A stretch of 64,000 nt of DNA, from NCBI GenBank assembly GCA_965208125.1, contig OZ242320.1, forward strand, positions 5,440,001-5,504,000, given 5' to 3'. The notes under the pieces were generated by a model. The model searched no databases. It was not told the origin of the DNA and was given only the letters and a program-made list of their open reading frames with translations. How positions within the stretch are numbered: position 1 is the stretch's first letter; every line of letters begins with the position of its first letter. Made by a program: the position numbers and the translations under genes. Shown here piece by piece: positions 1 through 8,611 of this stretch. The DNA comes from Candidatus Latescibacterota bacterium (GTDB taxonomy: Bacteria; Latescibacterota; UBA2968).

Positions 1-2
1 AT

Positions 3-425
3 GTCCTGCTCACGCGCGACCCCATTGACATGCTGCCCTCGCTCGTCAACCAACTCAAAATCCCTACCCTGCGCGACACGGGCTACAAAATGCAAGCCCA
101 GCTTCTGCGCGAGTTTCACGCCACAGGTCAAAAATACCCCGTACTCGATTCTCGTGAACTCCTCAAAAATCCACGGCATGTCCTCACAAAACTCTGCGAC
201 GCCCTGAACATACCCTTTGCCCCCGCAATGCTCACCTGGAAAGCCGGACCTCGCCCCGAAGACGGAATATGGGCAAAACACTGGTATCACAACGTCCACA
301 AATCCACCGGTTTTCAACCCTATCGTCCCAAAACCGAACCCTTTCCCGATCATTTGCGCCCGCTCCTCAAAAAATGCCAACCCTATTACGACCAGCTTTA
401 TGCTCATGCCATCAAAGCTGAGTAA
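3..425 (+). CDS. Sulfotransferase-like (P-loop fold) protein, 5'-partial; partner of aminotransferase class IV
   Basis: Frame open from the window edge: VLLTRDPIDMLPSL...VLDSRELLKNPRHVLTKLCDALNIPFAPAMLTW...DGIWAKHWYHNVHKSTGF, typical of the sulfotransferase-like domain paired with BCAT-like proteins. Confidence 0.75.
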   Translation, partial: VLLTRDPIDMLPSLVNQLKIPTLRDTGYKMQAQLLREFHATGQKYPVLDSRELLKNPRHVLTKLCDALNIPFAPAMLTWKAGPRPEDGIWAKHWYHNVHKSTGFQPYRPKTEPFPDHLRPLLKKCQPYYDQLYAHAIKAE

Positions 426-435
426 CGGAGTACCC

Positions 436-1338
436 GTGTCTATCCAATTACCCGACCCTCGAAACGAAAACATCCTCATCCACGTCGGCGGTGAACTGCT
501 CCCGCGCGAAGACGCCAAAATATCCGTCTTTGACAGCGCGGTCCAGGGCGGCGATGCCGTATGGGAGGGCCTGCGTGTTTACAACGGCAAAATCTTCCAA
601 CTCGACGCGCACCTCGACCGCCTCTTCGACTCTGCCAAAGCCATGGCCTTTGCGGATATCCCCTCTCGTGAAACGATCAAAACCGCCATCTTTGAAACCC
701 TCAAAGCCAACAACATGCGCGATGAAGTGCATATCCGACTCACACTCACGCGCGGGAAAAAAACCTCATCGGGCATGAGTCCGCACTTTAATCAATACGG
801 CTCCTGCCTCATTGTGCTACCTGAATGGAAACCCCCTGTTTATTCCTCAGAAGGCATCCGCCTGATCACCGCCTCTGTTCGCCGCAATCCGCCCATGTGC
901 ATCGACTCCAAAATCCATCACAACAATCTGATTAACAACATCCTCGCCAAAATCGAAGCCAATGTCGCAGGCGTTGATGACGCGATCATGCTCGACATCT
1001 TCGGCTATGTTTCCGAAACCAATGCTACCAATATCTTCATCATCAAAAAAGGGGCACTTATCACGCCCCATGCGGATTCCTGCCTCCCCGGCATTACAAG
1101 AGGTATTGTAATCGATCTCGCGCGCGACCTGGGCATCGAAGTTACCGAACGCAACCTATCGCTTACCGAAGTCTATACCGCAGACGAGGGCTTCACCACG
1201 GGTACCATGGGCGAACTCTCACCCATTCTCGAAGTAGATGGCCGCACCATCGGCAACGGCAAACCCGGTCCCATCACCAATCACCTGCGCGAACAATACG
1301 CCCAACACACTGCCGAACACGGCGAGCCCATTCCTTAG
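436..1338 (+). CDS. Aminotransferase class IV (branched-chain amino acid aminotransferase-like)
   Basis: GTG start after GGAG; motifs AKISVFDSAVQGGDAVWEGLRVY, SETNATNIF, CLPGITRG, ADEGFTTGTMGELSPILEVDGR. Confidence 0.92.
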   Translation: MSIQLPDPRNENILIHVGGELLPREDAKISVFDSAVQGGDAVWEGLRVYNGKIFQLDAHLDRLFDSAKAMAFADIPSRETIKTAIFETLKANNMRDEVHIRLTLTRGKKTSSGMSPHFNQYGSCLIVLPEWKPPVYSSEGIRLITASVRRNPPMCIDSKIHHNNLINNILAKIEANVAGVDDAIMLDIFGYVSETNATNIFIIKKGALITPHADSCLPGITRGIVIDLARDLGIEVTERNLSLTEVYTADEGFTTGTMGELSPILEVDGRTIGNGKPGPITNHLREQYAQHTAEHGEPIP

Positions 1339-1349
1339 TCCTCAGACCC

Positions 1350-1390
1350 AAAAATAAAAAACCGACGCACAAACGTCGGCTTTTATTTTT
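1350..1390. terminator. Bidirectional intrinsic terminator between convergent genes
   Basis: AAAAATAAAAAACCGACG-CACAAA-CGTCGGCTTTTATTTTT; related hairpins at 18948 and 20216. Confidence 0.8.
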
Positions 1391-1406
1391 CTCCTCGACA
1401 GCAACC

Positions 1407-2228
1407 TCAACCATGGAAAACCTGCACCTGATCGGACGCTTTTTCCGACACAGTCGCGGGGTCGAGCGCGCCTTCTCCAAAGAGTCGAGGAAAAGTCTGC
1501 CCAGTCTTCAAGGAACGTGTTCGCGCATCCATATAAGTAGCGCTAAAAGCCCTCCGGGGCGATGGGGTCGAATTGAGAGCCGAACGGTGGAGCAAAAAAT
1601 TGTGCAGCAAAACAGCCTCCCCTGCCTCGGTCTCCAGATCGATCACATCCTCGGGCCTGGCGTACCTGGCCTGATCCTCTTCAGAAGTATAGTGCCGCTC
1701 ATTGAGAATACCCAGATTATTGCTACCCGGCACAATCTGCATACAGCCGCTGGCAACAGTGGCAGCGTCCAGCCCCGTCCACACCGTGATAATCGGATTG
1801 GTATCAATCCCCCAACCCACGCCGATATCCTGATGCCAGGGCAAAATCGTACCACTCTCAGCGGGTTTGTTCATAAACATAGAGCGAAAAACCGAAACAT
1901 TTTCGCCGATATAGCGACGGGTAATCTGACGGATAAGGGGATGCTGCATATAGGTGAGAAAAAGGGGATCCTGTTCCAGATCATCAATACGTCGATAATG
2001 GAGCGTCGGCTCCTGATTCCCCAGGATGCGATCCATTCTGACATCCGGCGTTTTGGGATTGAGTTGAAAGCGCATATTTTCGTAGCGGACATGCCCCAGC
2101 ATAATATCGTCAATGCGCTGCTGCAGTGCAGCGAGTTCTCCAGGCGACAAGAGATGCCCCAGGCGCAGATATCCTTCAGCCATAAATTGTTCGTGGTGCG
2201 AGTCGTCAAACGAAGTGAGAGGATGCAC
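1407..2228 (-). CDS. Phytanoyl-CoA dioxygenase (PhyH) family Fe(II)/2OG oxygenase
   Basis: GTG start after GAGGAGG; WHQD, GCMQIVPGS, GEAVLLHNFLLHRS, PRRAF motifs. Confidence 0.9.
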   Translation of the reverse strand: MHPLTSFDDSHHEQFMAEGYLRLGHLLSPGELAALQQRIDDIMLGHVRYENMRFQLNPKTPDVRMDRILGNQEPTLHYRRIDDLEQDPLFLTYMQHPLIRQITRRYIGENVSVFRSMFMNKPAESGTILPWHQDIGVGWGIDTNPIITVWTGLDAATVASGCMQIVPGSNNLGILNERHYTSEEDQARYARPEDVIDLETEAGEAVLLHNFLLHRSALNSTPSPRRAFSATYMDARTRSLKTGQTFPRLFGEGALDPATVSEKASDQVQVFHG

Positions 2229-2339
2229 GGTGTGACCTCCTCGAAAATTGAACAACATTTGTGTGGATTGACTTCCAAACTATCACCGGGACTCGCCAGA
2301 AGCAACTGAAAAACGCCCACTTCCGCGAAACGACCATGC

Positions 2340-2368
2340 TTGACAGATAATAAATCCCTATATATGAT
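2340..2368 (+). promoter_or_regulatory. Sigma70-type promoter of the beta-helix/sialidase/amidohydrolase operon
   Basis: TTGACA-17 nt-TATGAT upstream of ATG 2412. Confidence 0.65.
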
Positions 2369-2411
2369 GCCTGATACAGCAAATCGCCAAACACCAGAAA
2401 GGTAGAAAGCC

Positions 2412-3788
2412 ATGAGCAATGTACGAGAATTTGGAGCCAGAGGGGATGGGATCTCAGACGATACCAAAGCGATTGAGGACGCGCTGGCAAAAGGAGATGG
2501 AACCCTACAATTTCCAAAAGGCGACTATCTCATTACGCACTCCATCAACGTAAACTTAGCCGACAGCGGACGGGTAAGCATAGATGGATCGGGAGGCGCG
2601 GCAAAAATCCTCATGAGGGGCGCAGGACCGGCCTTTCACATCATGGGAACACATGTGCGCTCCGCCGATCCTAAAACTTTTGAACCTCGCGTTTGGACCC
2701 ATGAAAGAATGCCCACAATATCGAATCTGGAGATTGAAGGCAAACACCCCGAAGCAGATGGCTTCTTGCTAACAGGCACCATGCAGGCGACCTTTGAAGG
2801 CGTACTCTTGCGGAAGCTAAACCACGCCATCCACATACGCGACCGCGCCCGAAATGTCCTTATCTCCCACTGTCATATGCATGACAACCGCGGCGCAGGC
2901 ATCTTCCTCGATCATGTAGATCTACATCAAATCATCGTAACCGGTTCCCACATAAGCTATTGCAAACGCGGAGGCATCAAAATCATCGGCTCGCAAATCC
3001 GCAACTTGCAAATCACTGGCAACGACATCGAATACAACTTCGACGCAAATGCGGACCGATCCGCAGACATCTGGATCGACACCAGCGACGGATCCGCCTC
3101 AGTCCGCGAGGGCACCATATCGGGCAACACCATCCAAGCAAAATCTTCGCCTGGCGGCGCGAATATATTGATGATCGGCCACTCTCCCCAGGCGAATAAC
3201 AAAGTAGGCATGTTCACCATCGCGGGCAATTTGATCGGCACACAGGAAAACAACATCCACCTCATCGCAGTTAGGGGAATCGCCATCACGGGAAATGCGA
3301 TCTACAACGGATTCAACCAAAACCTGCTGGTGGAACACGCGCAAAATATCGTAGTCGGCAGCAACAGCTTTGACCACAATCCCGATTACGGTCCCTCGCG
3401 CTGCACTGGCATCCAATTTATAAACAGTACAGACAGTATCCTGAGCGGATCAACGCTTCAGGAGTTCAAAGGTTTTCAGGATGAAGACGACGATCGTCAG
3501 GGCCTGTTGGAAATCATCCGTTGCGCCCGACTCACCGTAAACGGCTGCCAGATACTGGACGGCTATCCCAGCGCGATATACGTAACCGACTCCGACGACA
3601 TAAGCGTCACCGGATGTACGCTACTGGAAAGGCGTACAGAAAAAGAAACGGTTTCAATGATTTGCTGGAACGGCACAGGCACAGGCAATTTGTTGAGCAA
3701 CAACCGAATCGGAAACGGCACCGCAGGTGCATTATCCATAGAGGAAACTGCTGGCGTTCAAATCAGCCATAACCGGCTGGACGACTAA
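2412..3788 (+). CDS. Right-handed parallel beta-helix protein (pectate lyase superfamily)
   Basis: N-terminal NVREFGARGDGISDDTKAIEDAL...FPKGDYLI motif followed by repeated ITGN/ISGN beta-helix turns. Confidence 0.88.
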   Translation: MSNVREFGARGDGISDDTKAIEDALAKGDGTLQFPKGDYLITHSINVNLADSGRVSIDGSGGAAKILMRGAGPAFHIMGTHVRSADPKTFEPRVWTHERMPTISNLEIEGKHPEADGFLLTGTMQATFEGVLLRKLNHAIHIRDRARNVLISHCHMHDNRGAGIFLDHVDLHQIIVTGSHISYCKRGGIKIIGSQIRNLQITGNDIEYNFDANADRSADIWIDTSDGSASVREGTISGNTIQAKSSPGGANILMIGHSPQANNKVGMFTIAGNLIGTQENNIHLIAVRGIAITGNAIYNGFNQNLLVEHAQNIVVGSNSFDHNPDYGPSRCTGIQFINSTDSILSGSTLQEFKGFQDEDDDRQGLLEIIRCARLTVNGCQILDGYPSAIYVTDSDDISVTGCTLLERRTEKETVSMICWNGTGTGNLLSNNRIGNGTAGALSIEETAGVQISHNRLDD

Positions 3789-3798
3789 GGAGGTAAAT

Positions 3799-4923
3799 TT
3801 GTCTTTAAAACCCGACCACTCAAAAGTACCTGGCGTCGTAATTGATCACATACCCGCCAGTACAAAACAATACGTGGGTAGCCCGAGCATCGTCATCATG
3901 CCCAACGGCGATTATGTCACATCCCATGATTTTTTTGGACCGGGCACAAATTACAATCGCATGGCCGTATTTCATTCGCGCGACAAAGGCGAAACCTGGA
4001 CTCAGATATCCGAACTGATCGGCCAGTGGTGGTCCAATCTTTTTTTACACAAAGGCGACCTCTACCTGCTCGGCACGAGTTGTCAATATGGCTATGCCGT
4101 AATTCGGCGATCAACGGACGGAGGTGAAACATGGACCGAGTCAAAAGACAAACACACCGGACAAATCTCTACTGAGGATCGCTATCACTGTGCCCCAATG
4201 CCAGTCGTCGCTCACAATGGATATCTCTGGCGTGCATTTGAATTGGCACATGGTCCGCGAGAAGAGTGGAAAGCACTGGTTCTTTCCGTACCCGAAGATG
4301 CAGATCTGCTTCAAGCTGAGAACTGGCGATTTAGCAAAGCATATCAACACCTCTGGTCAAGTTCACAGTGGATTGAAGGCAATATTGTGATCACGCCTGA
4401 TAATAAACTGATAAACATCTTGCGTTCAAATTTACGAAATGTCTCTCCCGAAGAGATACAGGCGCAAAGCGATAAAGCGGCTATTTTGCATATCTCAGAA
4501 GATGGCAAAACATTGACACACGATTGGGATAGAGACCTGATCGATTTTCCGGGTGGCGGTGTAAAATTCACAATTCGATTTGACGATCAAACACAGTGCT
4601 ATTGGTCGCTGGGATGCAAACAAGCCGATCCGCCGGCAAAACGAAACACACTGGTCCTGACATCGTCTGCAAATTTGCAAACCTGGCGAGTCGAATCCGT
4701 GACCCTGCACCATCCCGATCCAGAGAAACACGCATTTCAATACGTTGACTGGCAATTTGAAGGAACCGATATAGTCGTGGCATCGCGCACAGCCTATGAC
4801 GATGGCCTGGGAGGCGCACACAACGCGCATGATGCGAATTATTTGACATTTCACCGAATTGAAAATTTCAGAGATCGAACAATAGACGCCCCACCCTTAA
4901 ATGAGATTGATCCATCTGATTAA
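3799..4923 (+). CDS. Exo-alpha-sialidase / BNR (Asp-box) beta-propeller protein
   Basis: TTG start after AGGAGG; Asp-boxes SRDKGETW and STDGGETW; FQYVDWQF and AHDANYLTFHRI C-terminal motifs. Confidence 0.8.
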   Translation: MSLKPDHSKVPGVVIDHIPASTKQYVGSPSIVIMPNGDYVTSHDFFGPGTNYNRMAVFHSRDKGETWTQISELIGQWWSNLFLHKGDLYLLGTSCQYGYAVIRRSTDGGETWTESKDKHTGQISTEDRYHCAPMPVVAHNGYLWRAFELAHGPREEWKALVLSVPEDADLLQAENWRFSKAYQHLWSSSQWIEGNIVITPDNKLINILRSNLRNVSPEEIQAQSDKAAILHISEDGKTLTHDWDRDLIDFPGGGVKFTIRFDDQTQCYWSLGCKQADPPAKRNTLVLTSSANLQTWRVESVTLHHPDPEKHAFQYVDWQFEGTDIVVASRTAYDDGLGGAHNAHDANYLTFHRIENFRDRTIDAPPLNEIDPSD

Positions 4924-4947
4924 AGAGCAGGACTCGAGGAGAATATA

Positions 4948-6591
4948 ATGAAAGCAATTCAGAACCTTCAGCCAGACAGGATATTTTACAATGGCAACTT
5001 GATCACCATGGCCGACCGCGGCGGGACTGCGGTCGGCGTATTGAATGGGTCTATATGCGCTGTGGGATCCGATCAGGAAATTATCGGGCTTGCAGGCCCC
5101 GACACCGAGCGCACTGACCTGGCGAAAAAAACTATGCTACCCGGGTTTTACGACACACATGGACACTTCCCGAGCGCGGGCCTCGTGGCTGTTTCCTCTG
5201 TAAATTGCAATTCTCCGCCAATGGGACCCGTAGAAAAAATCGATGATATCGTACAGCTATTGGCAGAGCGGGCCAAAGACGTACCAGAGGACCAGTGGGT
5301 ATTGGGCAGAGGCTACGACGATACCCTGCTGGCAGAAAAACGGCACCCGACCCGAACAGACCTGGATCGAGCTTCGCAGACCCACCCGATATGCATCGTC
5401 CATACCTCGGGCCATTTTGCATCGGCAAATACACGCGCTCTGGAACGCGCCGGAATCCATTCCGATACGCCCAATCCAACGGGCGGCGTGATTCGCAAAG
5501 ACCTCATCACGGGAGAACCGGACGGTGTTTTGGAAGAAACAGCAATGCGCCCGGTGAGAAATTTGATTCCACCATTGAACGAAGCCCAGTGGCTTGAGGG
5601 ATTGGAGATCGCAGTAGAAGAATATGTCCGTGAGGGCGTAACCTCAATAGTAATCGCTGGCTGCAACCGCCGCGACATTGCCCGACTGCAAACCGCTATC
5701 GACAGCGGCAAGCTCCCATTGCGCGTAGTTTGCATGACCGGAAAAAGCAAGCCAGGGCAACCGTCGATTCTGGAGACGAGTGGATTAAAAACGGGTTTTG
5801 GAACGGACCGCTTGCGATTGGGAGCGGTAAAAATGTTTCAGGATGGATCCATCCAGGGCTATACGGGGTATCTGAGCAAACCCTATCACCAGCCATTTAT
5901 GGGCGATACCCAGTATCGCGGCTATCCGATGCGTAGTCGAGAAGCATTGGTAGAGATGGTGGATGAAGCTCATCAAGCCGGTAAACAGATAGCGATACAC
6001 GGCAATGGAGACGCGGCAATCGACGATATTTTATCCGCTTATGAACAGGCGCAACAAAAAACGCCTCGAACAGATACGCGACATCGCATTGAACACTGTC
6101 AAACCGTGAGAGAAGATCAACTCGATAAAATGCAGACACTGGGCGTGACACCTTCTTTTTTTGTTCAGCACACCTATTACTGGGGCGACCGCCACGAAGC
6201 GATTTTCTTAGGACCAGAGCGGGCGCATCGCATCAGCCCATTGAAATCGGCATCCGATCGGGGGATTCGCTATACCATCCACAACGACTCGCCAGTAACC
6301 CCGACAAAATCGCTCTTTTCCGTCTGGTCCGCAGTGAACCGTCTCTCGCGCAGTGGGCAGTGCATGGGCGAAGCACAGCGAATAGGTCTGCAACAGGCAT
6401 TTCGGGCAATCACAATTGACGCCGCCTGGCAAAATTTTGAAGAAGCTACAAAAGGGTCCATTGAAGTAGGCAAGATGGCGGACTTTGTGGTCTTAGAATC
6501 GGATCCATTTGCAGGGGATACCCTGGATGTAAAAGATATTGCAGTGCAGGAAACAATTGTGGGAGGCAAAACAGTATATCGCAAAACGTGA
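4948..6591 (+). CDS. Amidohydrolase family 3 (YtcJ-like) metal-dependent hydrolase
   Basis: MLPGFYDTHGH, KMFQDGS, IAIHGNGDAA, RHRIEHCQ, KGSIEVGKMADFVVL. Confidence 0.92.
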   Translation: MKAIQNLQPDRIFYNGNLITMADRGGTAVGVLNGSICAVGSDQEIIGLAGPDTERTDLAKKTMLPGFYDTHGHFPSAGLVAVSSVNCNSPPMGPVEKIDDIVQLLAERAKDVPEDQWVLGRGYDDTLLAEKRHPTRTDLDRASQTHPICIVHTSGHFASANTRALERAGIHSDTPNPTGGVIRKDLITGEPDGVLEETAMRPVRNLIPPLNEAQWLEGLEIAVEEYVREGVTSIVIAGCNRRDIARLQTAIDSGKLPLRVVCMTGKSKPGQPSILETSGLKTGFGTDRLRLGAVKMFQDGSIQGYTGYLSKPYHQPFMGDTQYRGYPMRSREALVEMVDEAHQAGKQIAIHGNGDAAIDDILSAYEQAQQKTPRTDTRHRIEHCQTVREDQLDKMQTLGVTPSFFVQHTYYWGDRHEAIFLGPERAHRISPLKSASDRGIRYTIHNDSPVTPTKSLFSVWSAVNRLSRSGQCMGEAQRIGLQQAFRAITIDAAWQNFEEATKGSIEVGKMADFVVLESDPFAGDTLDVKDIAVQETIVGGKTVYRKT

Positions 6592-6604
6592 GCACAAGAC
6601 ACGC

Positions 6605-8497
6605 TCAGAACTTACCGCGTCTGGGTTTTTCCCAACGGTCTGCGAACTCAATACGCGGCGGCAGAACCGTAGAAACCACCTTGTCGCCGTGCTTCACCAG
6701 CCCAGTGGTAGAAACCACATAAGCAATGCTGAACTTCTCCTGAGCCTGATTCACACGTATCGTACCAATTTCTGTGTCATCGCTGCCCAGGCTAATTCCT
6801 GTATCCGGATCTATCAACTCTTCCCCTTTTGACTTCACCTTCAGCACATCGCCTGGCGACACAACATCCTTGCCCATGTTGAGCCACACCTTATCGCCTT
6901 CGGCCTTAATCACGCGACCAGAAGCGGGCAGACTACCGATTTGCTTGACCAGTTCATACACGCCCTTGTTGATACCGGCGATCACCGCTTGACCAATAGG
7001 CGTCTTCAAGTATTTGGAAAATACCCCTATTCCGACAGCTCCACCCCCACCAATACCGCCACCGAAGGTCAGGTTAGATTCAGTAATTTTCGATTCAATC
7101 TGCTTCGTAAACAATAATTCGCTCGTCTCGGCATCAATCAGCCGAAAATTCATACCCACACGACCTTCGCTTTTCGTGGTCGCGACAGCACCCAGACCCG
7201 CCGCCTGGGACAACACGCCTACAACGCCGCCGCCTTTCTTGGTTGACACATCTTCTTCATAGTCTGTCACGACGACTTTCATCATATACTGCGCCCCGAG
7301 CACATTCCCAATTTTTGCCGCCGACGGTCTGGCCATGCGACCAGATTCGCCCAAATCCTGCTCCTTGAAAACATCGTCGAGCATCTGACGCTCCACGAGG
7401 CGAAATCGTCCCGTCTGATTGATCACATTGATAACCAGTGCTTCCATTTCGGTCACAGATACCCCCGACTTCGCGGTTATTTCTACCTCATCCTCAACTT
7501 TCCCTCCGCTTTTGTGCTTCAGCACCAACGACCTCGGATCCGCCTTGAGGTCTTCTATCGGCAACACCATAATTCTCGATTGCGGCCCCAAATATTCGCC
7601 CCACTTCAGGTTCACCAGATACTTTGCCTCAATACCATCGATATTTTCAGGCAGTGGGATCTCCGCTTTTTCCCCTACCGTATAGGCCAAATAATCAGAC
7701 TGGCTTCGCGGAAGCCCAGACCCTCCTCCAGGCCCTATGCTCGCTTGCGCGGCAACCACTTGCCCGGATGCACCGCGAATCAACCCAGGGGATATGGCTT
7801 TGATATTCTCCAGCGTAATATTCCCCTGAATTTTGGCATGGTTTGACCCCCTGCTCAAATCGGGGATCATCCCAGCGTTCATTTCATGCATCGGCCAATA
7901 GCCAATCAAGCCATCTTCAGTGCCAGCCAATGCCGTTTTCATCGTCCTTCGTATCTCGCTCTGAGACCGTTGATAATTCCACACCCTGAACTCGGACATC
8001 ATTCCCGCAAACGGCTTGTCTTTCGGCCAGTTCGATTTGCCCAAATAGTAGTTGCCACCATAAGCCTGATTCAATCCCCCTCGATAATCGTCATCATCGT
8101 AAAACGTGCCATCCACATAGATCTTCATACCACCCGTGCCACACACCACAGCAATGTGATGCCAGGTGTTGCCAAGCACAGCATTTTTGGCTGATACACC
8201 GTGCTGTTTCCCTTTATTGTCCCAAATTCTGAAATTGATCTGGGATGACTTTTTATTGTTCTGAACCACAATGGCATTGCCTTCTCTGCCAAAGTCAAAT
8301 ACTCTTGACCACTCGTTGAACTGTTCCCATTTGACCCAAGCTTCAATGGTCGCATTCTCCTCCTGGTCAAAAATGCCAGAAGGTAACTGAACATACGCGC
8401 CGAAGCCGTCAAAACGAATGGCCTGCATCTCTTGTGCATCAGTATGAACCGCACACAGGAATACTAAAACGAGTGCTGTAAAAATTTTATTCAACAT
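6605..8497 (-). CDS. Secreted LamG (concanavalin-like) + CsgG/HfaB-like + FlgT C-terminal-like protein
   Basis: Signal peptide; LamG (TIEAWVKW, WHHIAVV, MSEFRVWN, GLIGYWPM); CsgG-like TGRFRLVERQMLDDVFKEQDL...KIGNVLGAQY...FRLIDAETSEL; FlgT-C-like LIDPDTGISLGS; RBS AGGAGG before ATG 8497. Confidence 0.8.
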   Translation of the reverse strand: MLNKIFTALVLVFLCAVHTDAQEMQAIRFDGFGAYVQLPSGIFDQEENATIEAWVKWEQFNEWSRVFDFGREGNAIVVQNNKKSSQINFRIWDNKGKQHGVSAKNAVLGNTWHHIAVVCGTGGMKIYVDGTFYDDDDYRGGLNQAYGGNYYLGKSNWPKDKPFAGMMSEFRVWNYQRSQSEIRRTMKTALAGTEDGLIGYWPMHEMNAGMIPDLSRGSNHAKIQGNITLENIKAISPGLIRGASGQVVAAQASIGPGGGSGLPRSQSDYLAYTVGEKAEIPLPENIDGIEAKYLVNLKWGEYLGPQSRIMVLPIEDLKADPRSLVLKHKSGGKVEDEVEITAKSGVSVTEMEALVINVINQTGRFRLVERQMLDDVFKEQDLGESGRMARPSAAKIGNVLGAQYMMKVVVTDYEEDVSTKKGGGVVGVLSQAAGLGAVATTKSEGRVGMNFRLIDAETSELLFTKQIESKITESNLTFGGGIGGGGAVGIGVFSKYLKTPIGQAVIAGINKGVYELVKQIGSLPASGRVIKAEGDKVWLNMGKDVVSPGDVLKVKSKGEELIDPDTGISLGSDDTEIGTIRVNQAQEKFSIAYVVSTTGLVKHGDKVVSTVLPPRIEFADRWEKPRRGKF

Positions 8498-8611
8498 ATT
8501 ACCCTCCTGACCTGAAAAATTCATAAAACAGCCGTGAGAACACAAGATACTCATTGCAAGGTTCCTTTAGCAAGTCTTTTCCGCAAACGTTTCAACTTCC
8601 GCCAGCGCATT

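Noticed and set aside
1413-2309. 298-aa + strand ORF and many other long antisense ORFs (e.g. 9834-10715, 36765-37739, 37818-38669)
   Set aside because: They are shadows of well-supported genes on the opposite strand, with no recognisable motifs.
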